From positions 54,250,001 through 54,314,000 of the forward strand of contig OZ076416.1 of assembly GCA_964187785.1 (NCBI GenBank): 64,000 bases of DNA, given 5' to 3'. Below, piece after piece: positions 58,919-64,000 of the stretch; position 1 is the first letter of the stretch; every line of letters starts with the position of its first letter. The DNA is from Amphiscolops sp. MND2022 (Eukaryota). The position numbers and the translations under genes are program-made. The notes under the pieces were generated by a model. It saw only the letters and a program-made list of their open reading frames with translations. It was not told the origin of the DNA and did no database searches.

Positions 58919-59788
58919 TTGACAAATTCATTCAACTTTGAATCCTGCAAGCAACAAGTCGCTCTGCGAATCAACAAAATTGCAAAAAAGATAATAATGG
59001 CTAAATTTAACTTAGCAAGAAAGCTTTTCGACTCAGAGGAATCGGACTCAGAAGCCTCCGTAAATTCAGTCATCTACCTATCGAGTGACGAGGAGGAAGG
59101 CACTTCATCTACCTCATGGGACTCCGATTGGTCCACAGACACCGAGGCTATCATAGAGAGAATCGAGAGGGAAGTCAAGTCAAGCCCAATTTTAATCGCC
59201 GGCCGCAAGATGACTGTGGAGGAGCAGGCTACAGAATCAGCAGCCGGACCGAGTAACCTTCGAATGTGGCCGCCTTCGACCCCGAAATTGGGATTCAAAC
59301 AATTTGACGAGAAACTTCTGTATGCACCGATGAGAAAGGCAGAAAGAACCCGGATAGAACTTTGCAACACAATTCTACCAGTGTTGGAATCGCCGTTGTC
59401 TCCGCCCGAACATGAGAGAGGGCCGTCCCAAGACGTATTCATGGAACAACCAGTTAGCACCAGCTTCCACGCATCTTACCACATCCAACAAGTACAGCCG
59501 TATTCGGATCTTAGTAGACAGTTGGGCCGTGGATGCATGGTCTGTGGGAGATCAGTGGACGAAATTAAACAAGAGAAAGTGAATTGGTACATGAATAGAT
59601 CAACGCCGCGCAATGAACCAGCTTATATAACGAACTTGAGGAGGGAAGCCTATGAGAATGGTCTAAACGCCGGAAGTCTTCTTTTCTTAGCACTCGCAGT
59701 GTCGCAGGCTGCCGCTTGCGATGGGACACGGATCACAACGACTACTAACGAGCAAGAAGCCGTACCAGGTACTTTGCCCACATTTTAA
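58919..59788 (+). CDS. Element 2 extra sense ORF (289 aa; first ATG at 58997) with acidic N-terminus, SIM-like motif and CxxC; ends inside the 3' LTR
   Basis: Uninterrupted ORF containing VIYLSSDEEE and CMVCGRS; the last ~29 codons lie in the LTR that starts at 59700. Confidence 0.65.
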   Translation: MTNSFNFESCKQQVALRINKIAKKIIMAKFNLARKLFDSEESDSEASVNSVIYLSSDEEEGTSSTSWDSDWSTDTEAIIERIEREVKSSPILIAGRKMTVEEQATESAAGPSNLRMWPPSTPKLGFKQFDEKLLYAPMRKAERTRIELCNTILPVLESPLSPPEHERGPSQDVFMEQPVSTSFHASYHIQQVQPYSDLSRQLGRGCMVCGRSVDEIKQEKVNWYMNRSTPRNEPAYITNLRREAYENGLNAGSLLFLALAVSQAAACDGTRITTTTNEQEAVPGTLPTF

Positions 59789-61442
59789 GAGAATTTTTCA
59801 AAACTTTTAGTAAAACTCACTGTTGTTTTATTATATTCATTATGTATTCGGATTGTATATTAGTCTGATTAATACTCGTGTTAGAATTCAAGCGGTGATG
59901 ATTATGCTTATATGATGAATTGCTTAGCAATAACGTAATATAGTAAAGGCAAGTGCAAAGCTTAAAGGAAACGAGTTCAAGTGAACGAAACTCTAATTCC
60001 GGAGACGTCACTTGAGCTCATTTCATTAGCCAATCAGAACGCTCTATCCTGCTGTGCATTATACTATCATATTTGTTTGGCCGTATACGGCCACTTGACG
60101 CTATACCTTATTTTGTAAGCGGAACAAAGGCAAATGGCCGGATTAGGCCATTCCAACTATTAGCTTGTGTAATTGTTTAATTTGAGTATGCATGTTATTT
60201 AAAGTCATGTAAGATTATATTTGTACTTAGAAGGTGCTAATGGGCCTATTTAAACCTAATTGATGTATTTGTGACCACCAGTCATAAACTCTAAATAATA
60301 GTCCGGTGGACTAAACCGGTCGCTTTAATTGGCTGGATCCTTTGTCAAATGGCCGAATTGGGCCACATCCACCTTTTATTAGTGCATGTAATTGGAGTTG
60401 CTACTTGATGAATTAACTTGCGTATGTAGTCACACGTGCCTTAGATACCTCACATACCTGTTGACACAAATATTACTTTGAAGTGTCTGAACGTATATTT
60501 GCTTTGATGTTAACTGTTACGGGAATGCGGACTAAACCGTCCCCCGTACTTTGAAGCTATCATGAGTATGTAATTGAGTGCATTCCTCAGGAATTTTTCC
60601 GACCCTAAATTCCTGAATCACTTTGATGCAATAGCTATTTTTTAATACTCGTAAAATTTCACGACCCTTTAGAACATGTAAACATTTCAATAATATGTGG
60701 AAAATGTGAGTGTCATGCCTCAGGAGGTATATATATACACACCCCCTCTTCCTGAGGGGACACAAGTTGCTTTCTTTTCACAACGTTCAGTTCATTGATA
60801 TTACCAGTTTTCCGAACTAATTCAATATTAACCTCGGACTTTCTTCCTAAATGCCTACCACTAGAAAACAGAAGAAAACATGGAAATCTAGAGAAGCAGA
60901 AATGCTATCAGACATTGAGAATTTGGATATGATGCTCGGAAGAAATCATTTTGATAGAAATGAGAGAAATGAAAGTGTGAATAGTAATCGGACCGGTAGG
61001 CCAGAAAGCTTATTCGGAGATGAGTTCGGAGAAGAAAATGAGAATGAGTTCCCAAACCCGGAAAATAATGGACCTAGTCCAAATACCGAATTAGGCCATA
61101 ATTCAATCAGAGAGTGTTCAAGTGTTGAGATCAATAGATTGTCGAGTGAGTTAAATTCCCGTATATCTCGAGAGATGGATGAAATGATGAATAGCGTCAG
61201 TGTTCAGATCCAGAGAGCCATAAGTGAAGCCATTAGTAGCCAAATTTTGCCTCAAATCCAAAATGCAGTTATGGCCGGATCGGGACAATTGACCAAAGAG
61301 AGATGGAACGTTCCGGCCGAGAGACCGGAAGGATATTCCGAAGTGCTGCAAAACTTAGAACCTAAGAACAATTCTAAGAGTAAGCAAGGTAACGACCGTC
61401 CCAAAGACGGATTCACAAGCACGAATTCTCGTGCTTACGACA
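59700..61442 (+). repeat. Element 2 3' LTR (1743 bp)
   Basis: Direct repeat of 45418-47156. Confidence 0.98.
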
Positions 61443-61468
61443 ATTTCCTTCTACATCTGCTCGACTAG
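60851..61468 (+). CDS. Copy of the Gag N-terminus in the 3' LTR reading into host flank (205 aa)
   Basis: Matches the first 197 aa of gag except one I/M change, followed by 8 flank-encoded residues. Confidence 0.8.
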   Translation: MPTTRKQKKTWKSREAEMLSDIENLDMMLGRNHFDRNERNESVNSNRTGRPESLFGDEFGEENENEFPNPENNGPSPNTELGHNSIRECSSVEINRLSSELNSRISREMDEMMNSVSVQIQRAISEAISSQILPQIQNAVMAGSGQLTKERWNVPAERPEGYSEVLQNLEPKNNSKSKQGNDRPKDGFTSTNSRAYDNFLLHLLD

Positions 61469-62929
61469 GTCGTGATGGGCAATTTTCCCACCAAGCCTGA
61501 AACGTGATAAAGTTCGTCAGCAATTTCTAAGCTAAGTTATGGTCAATGATAGGAGAGGCTATGCCTGTTCGCGTTGGCGGTTTGTAAGGAAAGGTCTCAA
61601 TTTGAGAAAAGGTGTATTTGGCGACCTCCGCTTGAATTCAGAATACTCATAAGCTCAAGATTTTCAGGAGAACCTCATGAGGTATTTTTTCTCCAGTTTA
61701 TCAAATTTCAACTAGTGAAAAAAAATATTTCGGTTGAAGCACCTGTTTCTTTTGTTGGGTAGAGATGAATTCACCAGAAAGTTGAAGCTTAGTTCAAAGG
61801 GCAAAAGGTTGAAAAGATTTTCTCTCTAGATTGTTTGTAAGGGTTTTGATTCTTTTGAGAGTCGATACTTTTATATGATCGAGCGAGGGGTTTTAACCAG
61901 TGAAATCGTTCGGGTGTTTTCATTGGACACGAGTCAATGTCGCCATTGTTTCGGCTCTAGTGATATCCTTTAATAACATTAGACGGCGGGTCTACCTCAA
62001 TTAGACGACCCCTCAACTAACCGACTGATCAATTGGAAGACTGTTTCTAAAATATTATTGGTTCGGCTGACATACTCCGAGTACGTAATCATTACCAGTT
62101 GTAAGCGGAACTTAAAATGGAATGCATGCAGAAACGATCAATTGCACAGTCGTCTAATTGAGCGGTCGTTCAATTGAACAGTTCCCATTGGATGGTATAG
62201 GCAGCCGTGGCTTTAACCGCTCAAAAATATAACCGAATGGTGTTATAGGAAAATTTGCATGCATTGACTTTCATTTACTCTGGTCAGTTGCGTAATAAGT
62301 TACGTAATAGTTTCATCATTCACTGTTCACTGTCGAACAGAGCAACCAATCATAATTGACAATTTGGTTCGGTTCTGCTATAAATTGTTTCTGCATTATT
62401 ATGGAGCGGTTATCCTCACTATCACCGACAGATGCGACAAATTCACACATCCAATAAGTCGCCTGCTCTAGCTCAATACAACGTTGAAAGTTTCGATGAG
62501 AAGTCACTTCATGAAAAACTAGGCTCCGCCGAGGAACAGTATTATTCTGCTTTTAGGCTTTCATCTTTAATACTAGAGTCATATCTTAATCATTTAATAG
62601 CGCTTATAAATAAACAATTTATAATAAACAATTAATCACTACCAGTTTAAACTGCCTTCTCGGACTAACGAAAAAATTACTACGCATAGACGAAGTTTCA
62701 TATTCGCATTGGCATGCAGGCGAAGCTCTCGGCGAACGAGTAATTAACAATCGCTCGCTTCATCTCAATGAATTTGAGCCGATAATAATATAGGCTTAAA
62801 AATTGAAACATGGAGTATAAAACGTGCCTAAAATAGGTCGAACAAGTGATGAAAAATGTGCTTTCAAATATTGAATTTTGTATAAATTTATAGGCAAAAT
62901 GACTGAAGATCAGAGTTACAAGAGCAAAA

Positions 62930-64000
62930 CAACATTTACGCAATGTTGTCCTCAGTAAGTCTTCACAGTATATCATTGTGTCTGCTGAAAGACCGTTCCA
63001 CAAAGCAGTTTTGGATAGGAACGCTTTTAAGAAGATCTCTATTAGCAGCAGTCCACAGGTTTCCTCGATCATGGAATCTTCACTGGACCATCTCAGAAAG
63101 TTTTGTGCCATGTTCTCGTAAAGTTTGGCTTTGCTGACTGGATCTGGCAATCTTCCACACACAATATCAAGCAATTTCACACTATCCCATAACGACATAC
63201 TCCTTTCTAGTTGAAGAATATAGTCGATAAGGAAGGAATGCTTACGGTCAAAACATTGATTTTGTTGAAACAACGGTTGGGTTACTGATTAAACTTTGAC
63301 ATTTTTCAATAACGACCAGCTCATCTGGGTTGAAAGTGGATATTACCCGCAGCATTTGTTCATGATGGTTGTTCAAAATAAGAACCGCCTTCAGTCAAGT
63401 AGTCCATCGGGTAGAAACAGGTTCTCGGGGCAAAGGCAAGTCTGTACATATTTCGCGGAATTTCTGAATTCGACAAAGCGATTTAAAAAAAACTCAATCC
63501 ACAAACCAAAGCTTCAACATCTGAATAAGATTTCATGGCAGTTTCAGCAACATGGTTGAGTTGATGGGCGACACAGACAACGTGTATAATCTTCGAGAAG
63601 AAAGATTGCAATACGTCTCGGTATCTTTTCTTTTCATGTAAGATGTCCCAACGGTAACCAAATTCAAAGCATTTGCATACTGGATACCATTAGAATAAAA
63701 TAATTGAAGTCCATTCATCAAACAAGCAGTAATCAACGAAAAATAAATTGCGTCTAAATATTCGGTATAGGCAAAACAGTTTTTGTCTCACCAGTATGTT
63801 TTTTCTAAGTACAAAATATTTATAGTCAAGTAAGAGCAATATAAATATGTTTAGTTTGAGCAAAATTTTTTTGAATTCTTTTTTTACAACCCTGACGACA
63901 GTTGGATAGTAAAATTTGTCGCTCCGATAGTTGCTCTTTGCTCTTGTGTCTCTCAGTTTTATATTCTGAAGGACTTTGCTTCGCATTCCATGAAAAATTT
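62930..64000 (-). pseudogene. Decayed hAT DNA transposase (DUF659/CGGBP1-like subgroup by motif); 5' end is beyond the window
   Basis: Across frameshifts: IHVVCVAHQLNHVAE (CxxH, about 63550-63590), LPLPREPVSTRWTT*L (about 63400-63445) and PIQNCFVERSFS (dimerisation motif, about 62985-63020). Confidence 0.8.

Larger units (their letters stand above)
45418..61442 (+). mobile_element. Element 2: full-length 16025-bp Ty3/Gypsy LTR retrotransposon with intact gag and pol, an antisense spliced cargo gene and an extra sense ORF
   Basis: 1.74-kb LTRs with TGTCG...CGACA termini, TSD ATTTC (45413-45417 and 61443-61447), PBS, and PR-RT-RNaseH-IN order. Confidence 0.98.

Noticed and set aside
58919-59788. 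env gene in the usual third-ORF position
   Set aside because: No signal peptide, furin site or transmembrane anchor is seen; the product is acidic and disordered.
45250-61540. Old LINE interrupted by element 2 (SRFRLG-like text at about 61.5 kb, FNLYLDDI at about 45.25 kb, minus strand)
   Set aside because: The two motifs are in the wrong order for a single ORF2 and the frames are full of stops; it cannot be supported without a search.

Overview
Repeat-dense, AT-rich eukaryotic (probably animal) DNA. No rRNA, CRISPR or prokaryotic features are visible. About 53% of the window belongs to one clade of large Ty3/Gypsy LTR retrotransposons: element 1 (18647-34080, minus, TSD CTAAT, decaying), element 2 (45418-61442, plus, TSD ATTTC, gag and pol intact) and a solo LTR of a third family (2609-5014, TSD ATGAC). 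The main result is that both full-length elements carry, between pol and the 3' LTR, a large intron-containing gene on the ANTISENSE strand. Its product has a BED-like zinc finger and a region that looks like a catalytically dead hAT transposase, and three intron positions and phases are shared between the two otherwise divergent elements. The clade has other unusual traits. Gag starts inside the LTR, and in all three LTRs the last base is codon position 1, which in the two full-length elements joins the PBS TGG to form an in-frame ATG. Both elements share the PBS TGGTGACAGGAG and an A AAA AAC -1 frameshift site, and neither has a canonical PPT. Element 2 also has a sense ORF with a SIM-like motif that runs into the 3' LTR. 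The rest of the window holds three LINEs of the CR1/L2 group, four MITEs with TSDs, tRNA-derived and hairpin-ended dispersed repeats, a decayed free hAT transposase, and a probable spliced host zinc-finger gene. All family assignments come from motif recognition by eye; no database search was run.
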